Counted from the first letter of the stretch, positions 56,266 through 64,000 are shown. The stretch is 64,000 nt of DNA from an uncultured Rhizobium sp. (GCA_964434225.1 CAYSUM010000002.1:40900-104899); one strand, 5' to 3'. Program-made: numbers and translations. Notes: generated by a model from the sequence alone, not told the origin.

Positions 56266-57282
56266 CTATTGTTGACACGGATTAATCACCACATCCCACA
56301 CGCCATAAGCTCCACATCTTTTTGTCGGCTCGGCTGGACCAGAGGAATAACCCAGACTTGAACAAGTTGGAGAAGTTGCAACGGCAATTTGATTATACCA
56401 AGATAACGGCCAATTTATCGTACCGCCGTAAAGACTTTCAGTAGTAGCTAAACAAGGAATTACCGACAGAGCATTAAAATCTGCAACAAAACTATTTCTG
56501 CTTTTGTAGAAAACCACATCATCAAAAACATCACTATTTCCCGAAGAAGAATATAAGGTGTTGCTATAAGCGGTATCGTTGCTGGTGGAAGTTGGAGAAT
56601 TGCTTGCCTCTTCGGTATCAGTTGACAGAGCATTGCGCGAAGACGCGTCATTTCCATAAGCACCAGATTTATTTCCGCCAAAACTTATAATCGCAAAAAC
56701 TGCAGCAGTGTTATTATTAGCAGCATCAGTTCCAGAAACTGTGGTTAGTTGCACCGCCGAAGATCCAACTTTTTCATAAATTAAAATACTGGATGTTGAA
56801 GAAGTTCCAAAATCACCCGCTCCGCTGCTTGGAATTGCTCCAGCACTTGCCACGGTATAATTTTTATCAACAATATATTCAAACTTGCTGCCAAATCCAT
56901 CTTCCGCCATATCAAGAGGTAAGCCTAAAGTTTTGATTGGAATCATACCTCGCACTAAATTGCTTGAGCCGCTAGATTGCGAAACTCCCGAAGTACTAGC
57001 ACATAAAGAAGTGCTCGCCGCAGTGCCGTAAGTTGCACTTCCTGATTTAGTGTCAGTGATCGGCGCCGGACATGGTAATTTTTTATTGATAATCATGTAG
57101 TTACCTAAGGCTTTATAGATTTCAGCAATACGGTCCTTAGTAACTTTATTTTTAGAATTGTTTATGGAATTTACTGAAACTGACAGAGCTCCAGTTATAA
57201 GAATTGAAACGATAATGATGACAATAGAAAGCTCGATCAGACTAAAAGCTTGCTTGCGATTTTTTCTGCAAAAATTTTTCAA
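56266..57282 (-). CDS. Prepilin-type N-terminal cleavage/methylation domain protein, Ser/Thr-rich (orphan type IV pilin / pseudopilin-like)
   Basis: TTG start. MKNFCRKNRKQA|FSLIELSIVIIIVSILITGA is followed by ...KKLPCPA...IPIKTLGLP..DGFGSKFEYIV, a block common in pilin-like proteins. There are 2 Cys pairs near the C-terminus. Confidence 0.75.
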   Translation of the reverse strand: MKNFCRKNRKQAFSLIELSIVIIIVSILITGALSVSVNSINNSKNKVTKDRIAEIYKALGNYMIINKKLPCPAPITDTKSGSATYGTAASTSLCASTSGVSQSSGSSNLVRGMIPIKTLGLPLDMAEDGFGSKFEYIVDKNYTVASAGAIPSSGAGDFGTSSTSSILIYEKVGSSAVQLTTVSGTDAANNNTAAVFAIISFGGNKSGAYGNDASSRNALSTDTEEASNSPTSTSNDTAYSNTLYSSSGNSDVFDDVVFYKSRNSFVADFNALSVIPCLATTESLYGGTINWPLSWYNQIAVATSPTCSSLGYSSGPAEPTKRCGAYGVWDVVINPCQQ

Positions 57283-57425
57283 AATTATTTTTTAAAATTT
57301 ATTAAAAACATGTTTGACAAATTGTTCTGTCAATTTAAGTTGCGCGACCTTCTTGCTTTGGCAATCACTGCCGCTTGATTACACCGCATCAAATCAAAAC
57401 CACATCAATCGAAAACATTTCGAGA

Positions 57426-57501
57426 GGGGATATAGCTCAGTTGGTAGAGCACCTGCTTTGCAAGCAGGGGGTCATCGGTTCGAATCCGATTATCTCCACC
57501 A
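57426..57501 (+). tRNA. tRNA-Ala (anticodon UGC), CCA encoded
   Basis: GGGGATATAGCTCAGTTGGTAGAGC... with the G3:U70 identity pair, anticodon loop TTTGCAA, T-loop TTCGAAT and 3' end ACCA. Confidence 0.95.
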
Positions 57502-57634
57502 TTTCTTTCAAGACAAATTCAAACAAGAAAAAGCCATAGAAAAGCCGTCACGCGAGTTTAATTTTATTTAAACAAGGGCGCTGATTTTTGCTGCCACTAA
57601 TTCTTAAAGAAAAGAGTGACAGCAAACCAGTAAA

Positions 57635-57847
57635 CTAATTTACAGGAGTAACATTTTCAGCCTGTAAACCTTTTTTACCATCCACAACTTCCATGGTCAC
57701 TTTTTGACCTTGTTGTAATGTTTTGCGGCCGTTGCCGTTGATAGAATTATAGTGAACGAACACATCTTTTCCATTTTCTTGCTCAATAAATCCGAAACCT
57801 TTTTCATCATTGAACCACTTTACTTTACCGTTTACTGTATTTGACAT
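57635..57847 (-). CDS. cspA: Cold-shock protein (CspA family)
   Basis: [15 protein letters not shown] (RNP1) and DVFVHYNSI (RNP2) in a 70-aa protein. A 233-nt upstream non-coding region is consistent with a long csp leader. Confidence 0.95.
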   Translation of the reverse strand: MSNTVNGKVKWFNDEKGFGFIEQENGKDVFVHYNSINGNGRKTLQQGQKVTMEVVDGKKGLQAENVTPVN

Positions 57848-58080
57848 TTAAAAAAATAATTAAAAATTAAAACTTTACCACAAAAGAGCTGAGCTTTAAA
57901 ACCCTTCTCTCCCTAGGACAAAAAAGGAAAGACAAAAAACTTTTTAGAGAATTTTGCTGACAAAACTTAAGAATAAAACTCTTGAATTTTGTCATTTTCC
58001 TTAGGCGTATTTCGCTAACCAACTTAAGAAAAGCAAGTATAGCTTGGCGACCAAGTCCAAATTGAAGCACTGATATTTCC

Positions 58081-59016
58081 TTAAGAAATAAAAGCTTTCA
58101 AATCTTCTGAATTCTGAATCGATCTTGATTTGACGTTAGGGCAAGTTCTACCAACTAAGCCAGCCAAAACTTTTCCAGAACCAATTTCAATAATCTCTTC
58201 AACTCCTTGAGAAGCAAGAAATAACATTATTTCGCGCCATCTTACTGAGCCAGTAATTTGTTGCGCTAATAAATCACGAATTTGATTTGGATCGGTAACC
58301 AAATTCGCCGTAACGTTTGCTACCACTGGCACGATCGGTGATTGTACATCGGCTTTTGCCAAAGCAATTTTCATTTGATTTTGCGCTTCCAACATCAAAG
58401 TCGAATGGAAAGCGCCACTTACGGGAAGTGCAATGGCGCGTTTAGCACCTTTGGCTTTAGCAATTTCTAAAGCACGATCGATTGCAGATTTAGATCCTGA
58501 AATTACCACCTGCCCTACGGAATTATCGTTAGCAACTTGACATACTTGTCCTTGAGCCGCTTCGCGCGCGATCTCGTGCGCTACTTCAATTTCAACTCCC
58601 AAAATCGCTGCCATAGCGCCTTGAGTTTGCTCTCCACATTTCGCCATTTCGCGACCACGAACTTGCAAAAGTTTCGCGGTTTCTTCCAGTGAAATTGATT
58701 TTGCAGCACAGAGTGCGGAATATTCACCCAAAGAATGGCCAGCAACAAAAGAACAAAGATCAGTGATTTTTTTACCAAATTCTTTTTCTAAAACTTCGAT
58801 CAAAGCCACTGAAACCGCCATCAAAGCTGGCTGAGTATTTTCAGTTTTAGTAAGCTCTTCCGACGGACCTTCAAACATGATTTTGGAAAGATTGACTGAT
58901 AAAATATCGTCAACTTTTTTAAAAACTTCGCGTGCTGCCGAAAAATTTTCTGCAAGATCTTTTCCCATTCCAACCACTTGAGAACCTTGACCTGGAAAGA
59001 CTAAAGCTGTTTTCAT
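58081..59016 (-). CDS. fabD: Malonyl CoA-ACP transacylase
   Basis: FPGQGSQ, the GHSLGEYSAL active-site motif and a SGAFHS-type motif are present. Confidence 0.95.
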   Translation of the reverse strand: MKTALVFPGQGSQVVGMGKDLAENFSAAREVFKKVDDILSVNLSKIMFEGPSEELTKTENTQPALMAVSVALIEVLEKEFGKKITDLCSFVAGHSLGEYSALCAAKSISLEETAKLLQVRGREMAKCGEQTQGAMAAILGVEIEVAHEIAREAAQGQVCQVANDNSVGQVVISGSKSAIDRALEIAKAKGAKRAIALPVSGAFHSTLMLEAQNQMKIALAKADVQSPIVPVVANVTANLVTDPNQIRDLLAQQITGSVRWREIMLFLASQGVEEIIEIGSGKVLAGLVGRTCPNVKSRSIQNSEDLKAFIS

Positions 59017-59019
59017 AAC

Positions 59020-59898
59020 TTATTTTGAATATTTTTTTAAGATTTTTTTTACATCACTTTCAATTGCGCTATTAGCCAGTGCGAAGGCAATATTAGCTTC
59101 GAGATAACCCAAAACATTTCCACAATCAAAACGAACTTCATCAATTTTTTTGTAGTAAAAAGGATGCTGTTTGCACATTGATTTCATGGCATCAGTCAGT
59201 TGAATTTCGCCACCAGAACCAACTTCAAATTTCGCCAAATATTCAAAAATTTCTGGCTGCAAAATATAACGACCCGTAATTGCCATATTTGATGGAGCCA
59301 CTTCTGACTTTGGTTTTTCAATCATGTCAGTAATTCTTTCCTGACCCTCAACTTTAATAATTCCGTATTTATTAGCGTCTTGCATGTCGATTTCATCAAT
59401 AGCGACAATGCTGGCGGTTTCTTCTTTTCTTTCATAAAGATCAATCATTTCGCCCAAGAAATTTCTTTTACGATTCGGACTTTGTTGCATCATTTCATCA
59501 GCTAAAATCACCACAAAAGCTTCATCTTTAGCGATAAAATTACGTGCGCACCAAATTGCATGTCCCAAACCGAGCGGTTTTTGCTGACGCACAAAAGCCA
59601 TCTGACCAGCTTCTGGCAACCAACCCATAACCTGTCCCAATTCTTGCGACTTGTTTTTTTCATCGAGTTTCGATTCCAATTCGTAAGCGTGATCGAAGTG
59701 ATTATTGATGGCATTTTTGTTGCGGCCCGTAACGAAAATAAATTTCTCAATTCCAGCGTCACGAGCTTCTTCAAAAGCATATTGAATGATTGGTTTATTG
59801 GCGATCGGCAGCATCTCTTTTGGCATCGATTTAGTTGCAGGCAAAAAACGCGTTCCAAGTCCGCCGACTGGAAAAATGGCGGTTTTAACTTTTCTCAT
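59020..59898 (-). CDS. galU: UTP--glucose-1-phosphate uridylyltransferase
   Basis: AIFPVGGLGTRFLPATKSMPKEMLPI N-terminal motif and LGLGHAIWCA are present. Confidence 0.93.
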   Translation of the reverse strand: MRKVKTAIFPVGGLGTRFLPATKSMPKEMLPIANKPIIQYAFEEARDAGIEKFIFVTGRNKNAINNHFDHAYELESKLDEKNKSQELGQVMGWLPEAGQMAFVRQQKPLGLGHAIWCARNFIAKDEAFVVILADEMMQQSPNRKRNFLGEMIDLYERKEETASIVAIDEIDMQDANKYGIIKVEGQERITDMIEKPKSEVAPSNMAITGRYILQPEIFEYLAKFEVGSGGEIQLTDAMKSMCKQHPFYYKKIDEVRFDCGNVLGYLEANIAFALANSAIESDVKKILKKYSK

Positions 59899-61334
59899 TG
59901 TTCGATTATTTTTAATTTGCGATAAATTGTCGAGCGACCGACATCCAATTGTTTAGACACTTCAGAAAGATTGCCATTATAAATATCGACTAATCTTTTG
60001 ATGATTTCTTCCTCAATGATATCCAAAGTTTTACATTTTCCTTCATCATCGAAAATGTCGATTAATTCACTGTTGATATCGGAATTATCTTTGATCACAG
60101 CTTTCGATTTCGTCAGGCTGTTATTTTCTTTGTTCAGTAATTGTGGAAAATGTTCGGGCTTTAAAAAATCTTCATCACATAAAACAACGGCACGAAAAAT
60201 TGAATTTTTCAACTGACGAACATTGTCTTCCCATTCGTAATTAGCCAATAAATATAAGGCATCGTTGCTGATGCCTTTGATTTTTTTATTTTCGTTACTA
60301 CTAAAATTTCGGCAGAAATTTTCTGACAAAAGCTTAATATCTTCTTCGCCACGATCGCGCAAAGATGGCATACTAATTGGAAGCGATGCGACGCGATAAC
60401 GCAAATCTTCGCGAAATTTTTTTGCTTCAACCATTTTCGATAAATCGCGATTAGTCGAAGAAACGACGCGCGCATTAACACGAACTAATTGCGTTGAACC
60501 AACTGGTTCAAATTCTCCTTCTTGTAAAAAGCGCAAGATTTTAACCTGTAAATCCATTTTTAGCGCATCAATTTTTTCGAAGAAAATTGTACCGTTATTT
60601 GCTTCGCGAATTTTTCCGATATTTTTGGTTGTTCCATCAATACCAACCTTATCTGAACCAAACAATTCTTCTTCGGCGCTGTTATTTTTTAACAAATCAC
60701 ATTCCACCACAACGAAAGGCTTTCCTGATCTTAGGCTTGAACCATGGATAGCGCGCGCCAGCAGTTCTTTGCCAGACCCGCGCGGACCTTCAATTAAAAT
60801 TGGAATTGAAGAATTGATCGCTTTTTTAGCTAATTTTACGACGTTAGAAATTGATGAACTTTGGCCGATAATGTCAGAGAAGGCGACTTGATCTTTGCCT
60901 TTTCTGGCCAAATGCGAGACTTGGTATTTTAAATTTTTCTTTTCAATCGCATTGCTGATTGAAGCAGTGACGCGAGCAAAGATATCTTTTTCACCTTTGA
61001 CGATGTAATCAATCGCGCCAAGATTGATGGCGCTGATAGCTCTGGAAATATCTTTATTGGCGGTAAGAACAATCACTTGCAGATCACCTTTAAGAGGATT
61101 GATTTCCTTTAAAACTGTTAACCCGTCAAGATCTGGCATCGATAAATCGAGCAACATTACGTCCACATCGTGACACGACATTCCGTCGATTACCTTCTTA
61201 TTCATAAAAAAATCCACAACCTGCATCCCGCTATTCATCACTAAATAAGAGTGACCCATATTGCCGATAAACTTACTTAGAACCTTACACATGGTCGGTT
61301 CATCATCTACGATTAGGATATTTCTTTTTACCAT
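59895..61334 (-). CDS. Response regulator with sigma-54-interaction-type AAA+ domain and Fis-type HTH (NtrC/NtrX-like); the GAFTGA loop is absent
   Basis: The receiver has ILIVDDEP and LLDLSMPDLDG. The AAA+ domain has ILIEGPRGSGKE. ELFGSDKVGIDGTTKN stands in place of ELFGHEKGAFTGA, and TIFFEKID stands in place of TLFLDEI. The C-terminus has SEVSKQLDVGRSTIYRKLK. The stop overlaps the galU start. Confidence 0.85.
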   Translation of the reverse strand: MVKRNILIVDDEPTMCKVLSKFIGNMGHSYLVMNSGMQVVDFFMNKKVIDGMSCHDVDVMLLDLSMPDLDGLTVLKEINPLKGDLQVIVLTANKDISRAISAINLGAIDYIVKGEKDIFARVTASISNAIEKKNLKYQVSHLARKGKDQVAFSDIIGQSSSISNVVKLAKKAINSSIPILIEGPRGSGKELLARAIHGSSLRSGKPFVVVECDLLKNNSAEEELFGSDKVGIDGTTKNIGKIREANNGTIFFEKIDALKMDLQVKILRFLQEGEFEPVGSTQLVRVNARVVSSTNRDLSKMVEAKKFREDLRYRVASLPISMPSLRDRGEEDIKLLSENFCRNFSSNENKKIKGISNDALYLLANYEWEDNVRQLKNSIFRAVVLCDEDFLKPEHFPQLLNKENNSLTKSKAVIKDNSDINSELIDIFDDEGKCKTLDIIEEEIIKRLVDIYNGNLSEVSKQLDVGRSTIYRKLKIIEQ

Positions 61335-61390
61335 CTTTTGATGAGAGAATTGTTAGTATTGAAATTTGCTTTAGAAATTACTCTATAGGA

Positions 61391-61429
61391 CGCCTCTAAA
61401 AATTACCCAAAAGGCAATTTTTAGAGGCG
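61391..61429. repeat. 14-bp perfect-stem hairpin in the PDRP / response-regulator intergenic region
   Basis: cgcctctaaaaatt - acccaaaaggc - aatttttagaggcg. There is no adjacent T-tract on either strand. Confidence 0.5.
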
Positions 61430-61493
61430 CCCTGTTTAAATACAGGCTTTCGTTATAAGTTTTTTACCCCAGATTTTGGCATATTTTTAGCGC

Positions 61494-61551
61494 TTTTTTG
61501 ACAAAATTACGACGAGTATCTGGATATATTTGGAGTAAGTTTGTCAAAAAA
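61494..61551. repeat. 12-bp AT-rich inverted repeat (ttttttgacaaa / tttgtcaaaaaa) with a 34-nt spacer
   Basis: Read directly from the sequence. It lies 28 nt downstream of the PDRP stop on the minus strand. Confidence 0.45.
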
Positions 61552-61578
61552 TAAGCAAAAATAGAGCGAAATATGGGG

Positions 61579-62430
61579 TTAAAAAAGACTTATGATGGGT
61601 TCTTTAGACTTATTTTTCTTTTCTTGGGTTAACTGTATGATTTTGGCGGCTGTTTCTTCCACTGATCTTTTTGTAACATCAATTACAACACAGCCAAGTT
61701 TAGAAAATAATTTTCGCGATTCAGCAATTTCGCCTTTCACCGCTTCAATGTCAATGTAATCGCTTACAGTTTCTTGACCCAAAGAAGTCATTCGGCTTTG
61801 TCTAATTTGCACCAACTTTTCAGGATTAATGGTTAAGCCTACAACCAAAGGCTTTTTTAAATCATAGATAGTTTGCGGAATGGTCATAAGCGAAACAAAA
61901 GGCACGTTGGCAGTTTTGTAGCCACGACAAGAAAGATAAACCGAAGTTGGCGATTTTGAAGTTCTCGAAACGCCAACAATCACAATATCAGCGTCATATA
62001 AATCCCAAGCTGATTGACCATCGTCGTGATCAAGAGTGTAATTAATTGCTTCAACGCGCGAAAAATATTCTTCATCCAAAAGATGTTGGCGACCAATGGC
62101 CTGAGAAATATTCATGCCTAAATAATTCGAGAATTCAGTGATGATGCGCGATAAAACTGGAATGCAGGGAATCTGCAATTCGTAACAATGATTCTTTAAA
62201 GATTCGATCAAATCATCTTGTAAAATGGTGTAAAGCACAATTCCCGGCGCCTTATTGATTGACTCCATCACTTTTTCAAGCTGCGATTTATTTCGCACCA
62301 AAGGCCAAATGAAGTCATTGGATTCTACGCCTTCAAATTGCGATAGAACAGCGCGCGCCACAGAACTCAAAGTTTCACCAGTTGAATCTGAAATTAAATG
62401 CAAATTTATTTTTTTGGTTTTTTCCGTCAT
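61579..62430 (-). CDS. Pyruvate, phosphate dikinase regulatory protein-like kinase/pyrophosphorylase (DUF299)
   Basis: HLISDSTGETL N-terminus, a GVSRTSKSPTS P-loop and a 283-aa length match the family. Confidence 0.9.
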   Translation of the reverse strand: MTEKTKKINLHLISDSTGETLSSVARAVLSQFEGVESNDFIWPLVRNKSQLEKVMESINKAPGIVLYTILQDDLIESLKNHCYELQIPCIPVLSRIITEFSNYLGMNISQAIGRQHLLDEEYFSRVEAINYTLDHDDGQSAWDLYDADIVIVGVSRTSKSPTSVYLSCRGYKTANVPFVSLMTIPQTIYDLKKPLVVGLTINPEKLVQIRQSRMTSLGQETVSDYIDIEAVKGEIAESRKLFSKLGCVVIDVTKRSVEETAAKIIQLTQEKKNKSKEPIISLF

Positions 62431-63782
62431 TAATGGCTCGCAACAATAGAAGGAAGGTTCATATCAGAATTAACAATAACCGTAATTTTAGTACCTTGAG
62501 GCACTGTAATTACTGGGTTGATGTTAATTGAGTTATTTACAATCTGTCCCGCGGTATCAATAATTGTTTTAGTAACATCGGCCACCGCTTGATTTGCCGC
62601 ACTTCCAGTTGTGGTGGTTGAACCGTTGCTGGTTGTGGTTGAAACGTTGCCGCTATCTCCCAGAATTTTATTAGCCGCAGCTGCACTTCCAACCGCAAGA
62701 ACGCTGGTTAAAAGAGATCCGGCAATGATCGTGCTATACTTGTTATCAACTTCACCAGGAATTCCAGATCTGCCAAATTGGTCAGAAGCATTGAACGAGA
62801 TTCTCAAATCAACTCCGTCAGGTCTTATTAAACGAGTCCAAGAAATGTTAACTCGTCCCTGCCCTTTGGCAATTGTGCTGGCATAAGATCCGTACAATCT
62901 GGAACCCTTGGGAATTAAAACTTCACTTCCCGCCTCGCCATAAACGTCACGACTTACAATACCGCGTACCGATCCCGGAATTTGAGTATTAATTGCCGTT
63001 TCAAGAACCGCAGTAATTAATTTGCCTTGAGTAATGGCGTGAATACGGTCGCCAACGTAAGTGGTTTTTACACCAACTTTACTTTTATCCAATTTTTGGA
63101 TCGGATCTTCGTTTAATTTAACAATATTTTTGTCGTAACCCACGCCCAAATCAGGACCAGCGCCACCACCAGAAAACACCAAAATTGGCGCATAGCGCGG
63201 ATCAATATCTTTTTTCTTTTCTTCTTTTTTACCATCCGCAGCAGAATCAACCGACTTTTCAGCAGATTTAGCAGCAACATCTTCGGGTTTCTTTGCGATA
63301 ACTCCCGGAAGAGCAGCTTGATCAGGAATTGGAGTTGGCGCCGCTGGATTTAAAGGCGTTGGAGGCGGTGGCGCCAAAGTTGGATCAATCTGTCCAGCTA
63401 CTCCTTCAGGCAAAGAAGGAATCTGCGGAACCGCAGGCTTATCTAGTAATTCAACATCTTCTTGTTTTTGTTTTTCTTTCGGAACATCAATTTCAAAAGG
63501 AGATTTTCCATCTTCATTAGCTGCAACATTTCTGGTTGGAGGAACTACAACTTCCTGTAATTTTTCTGGAACTTTCTGCGGCGGACCTTCTTTGATAAAA
63601 ATAAAATAAACTACTATCGTGATCAGCACCGAAGCAAAGGCGATGACTATGATACGATTTTTTTTAGCAGCAGCAATCGCGGGACCACCCGCCTCTATTT
63701 CGGAACTCTCTTCATTTTCGTTCGCGTCATTATCTTCAGGTTCTTTCTGCGCAGAAAGAACTTTGGTGAATTTACTTTTCAT
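62430..63782 (-). CDS. virB10: Type IV secretion system protein VirB10 / TrbI family
   Basis: It has an N-terminal TM and a Pro-rich region (PPPPTPLNPAAPTPIP). The C-terminal TrbI domain reads GKLITAVLETAINTQIPG..VLIPKGSRLYGSY..RVNISWTRLIRPDGVDL..GRSGIPGEVDNKY. Confidence 0.88.
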   Translation of the reverse strand: MKSKFTKVLSAQKEPEDNDANENEESSEIEAGGPAIAAAKKNRIIVIAFASVLITIVVYFIFIKEGPPQKVPEKLQEVVVPPTRNVAANEDGKSPFEIDVPKEKQKQEDVELLDKPAVPQIPSLPEGVAGQIDPTLAPPPPTPLNPAAPTPIPDQAALPGVIAKKPEDVAAKSAEKSVDSAADGKKEEKKKDIDPRYAPILVFSGGGAGPDLGVGYDKNIVKLNEDPIQKLDKSKVGVKTTYVGDRIHAITQGKLITAVLETAINTQIPGSVRGIVSRDVYGEAGSEVLIPKGSRLYGSYASTIAKGQGRVNISWTRLIRPDGVDLRISFNASDQFGRSGIPGEVDNKYSTIIAGSLLTSVLAVGSAAAANKILGDSGNVSTTTSNGSTTTTGSAANQAVADVTKTIIDTAGQIVNNSININPVITVPQGTKITVIVNSDMNLPSIVASH

Positions 63783-63854
63783 TAAAGGAAATTTTGGATG
63801 TAATTAAAGAGTCCAGAAGACATGTTTGGTTAAACTATTTTCGCCTATCAAAAG

Positions 63855-64000
63855 TTACAACAAATTTAGCTTAAAAAAGAATGTTTTGATCATGTCAAAA
63901 ATTTCCTCTTTGTTTTCGCCGCTAAAAATACAGTGATTGGAAAGATCTGGTTCAAATAAAAATTTATTTTCCGATTTGATTTTTCCAAAAATAATTTTGC
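63855..64000 (-). CDS. Partial CDS (C-terminal ~48 codons; continues beyond window end), unknown function
   Basis: The minus-strand frame is open from the window end and reads ...KIIFGKIKSENKFLFEPDLSNHCIFSGENKEEIFDMIKTFFFKLNLL*, with the stop at 63855-63857. I cannot recognise a family. Confidence 0.3.
   Translation of the reverse strand, partial: KIIFGKIKSENKFLFEPDLSNHCIFSGENKEEIFDMIKTFFFKLNLL

Noticed and set aside
57314-57571. 85-aa plus-strand ORF
   Set aside because: It reads straight through tRNA-Ala (57426-57501). The peptide ...GYSSVGRAPALQAGGHRFESDYLHH is the typical translation of a tRNA gene, so the ORF is spurious.
57867-58070. 67-aa minus-strand ORF between fabD and cspA
   Set aside because: It lies in the expected long cspA promoter/5'-UTR region, has a Leu/Phe/Lys-rich composition typical of AT-rich non-coding DNA, and has no recognisable family.

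Overview
This is a dense, visibly AT-rich chromosomal segment with about 60 protein genes and 2 tRNAs. Many neighbouring genes overlap by 1-8 nt. Gene content points, by inference only, to an alphaproteobacterium of the Rickettsiales/Holosporales-like intracellular type. The supporting genes are lpxB/lpxC/bamE/skp, a long-linker FtsZ, a PopZ/DUF2497-like acidic protein, a 1614-aa NAD-glutamate dehydrogenase, PntAA, a COQ9-like protein, VirB10, a stand-alone tRNA-Ala(UGC), and 'ATTGCGAGCG...CGCTCGCAATGAC' palindromic repeats. Most of the window is housekeeping: dnaE, mfd, ddl-ftsQ-ftsA, ftsZ, plsX-fabH, fabG, fabI, fabD, lpxBC, trxB, ruvC, asd, infC, rpmF, cspA and others. Canonical clusters (dcw, fab, ruv, virB) are visibly broken up. 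Seven items are not ordinary. (1) An MNIO (DUF692) + DUF2063 RiPP-type cassette sits behind an unusual Cys-motif, Lys-rich lipoprotein precursor (17.8-19.8 kb) and looks bufferin/HvfA-like but atypical. (2) A 657-aa prepilin-leader / LamG-like / Cys-rich / poly-Gly domain fusion follows fabH where fabD would normally be. (3) A second orphan pilin-like gene lies next to tRNA-Ala and shares the same unusual Ala(-1) leader. (4) dnaE stops at residue 830 and is bracketed by two direct copies of a ~100-bp palindromic repeat. (5) AAGATTT heptamer arrays occupy two divergent promoter regions and share an identical 18-mer. (6) A sigma-54-type response regulator has no GAFTGA loop and a degenerate Walker B. 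(7) An orphan virB10 is translationally coupled to a PPDK regulatory protein gene. All calls come from reading the translations; no database search was possible.
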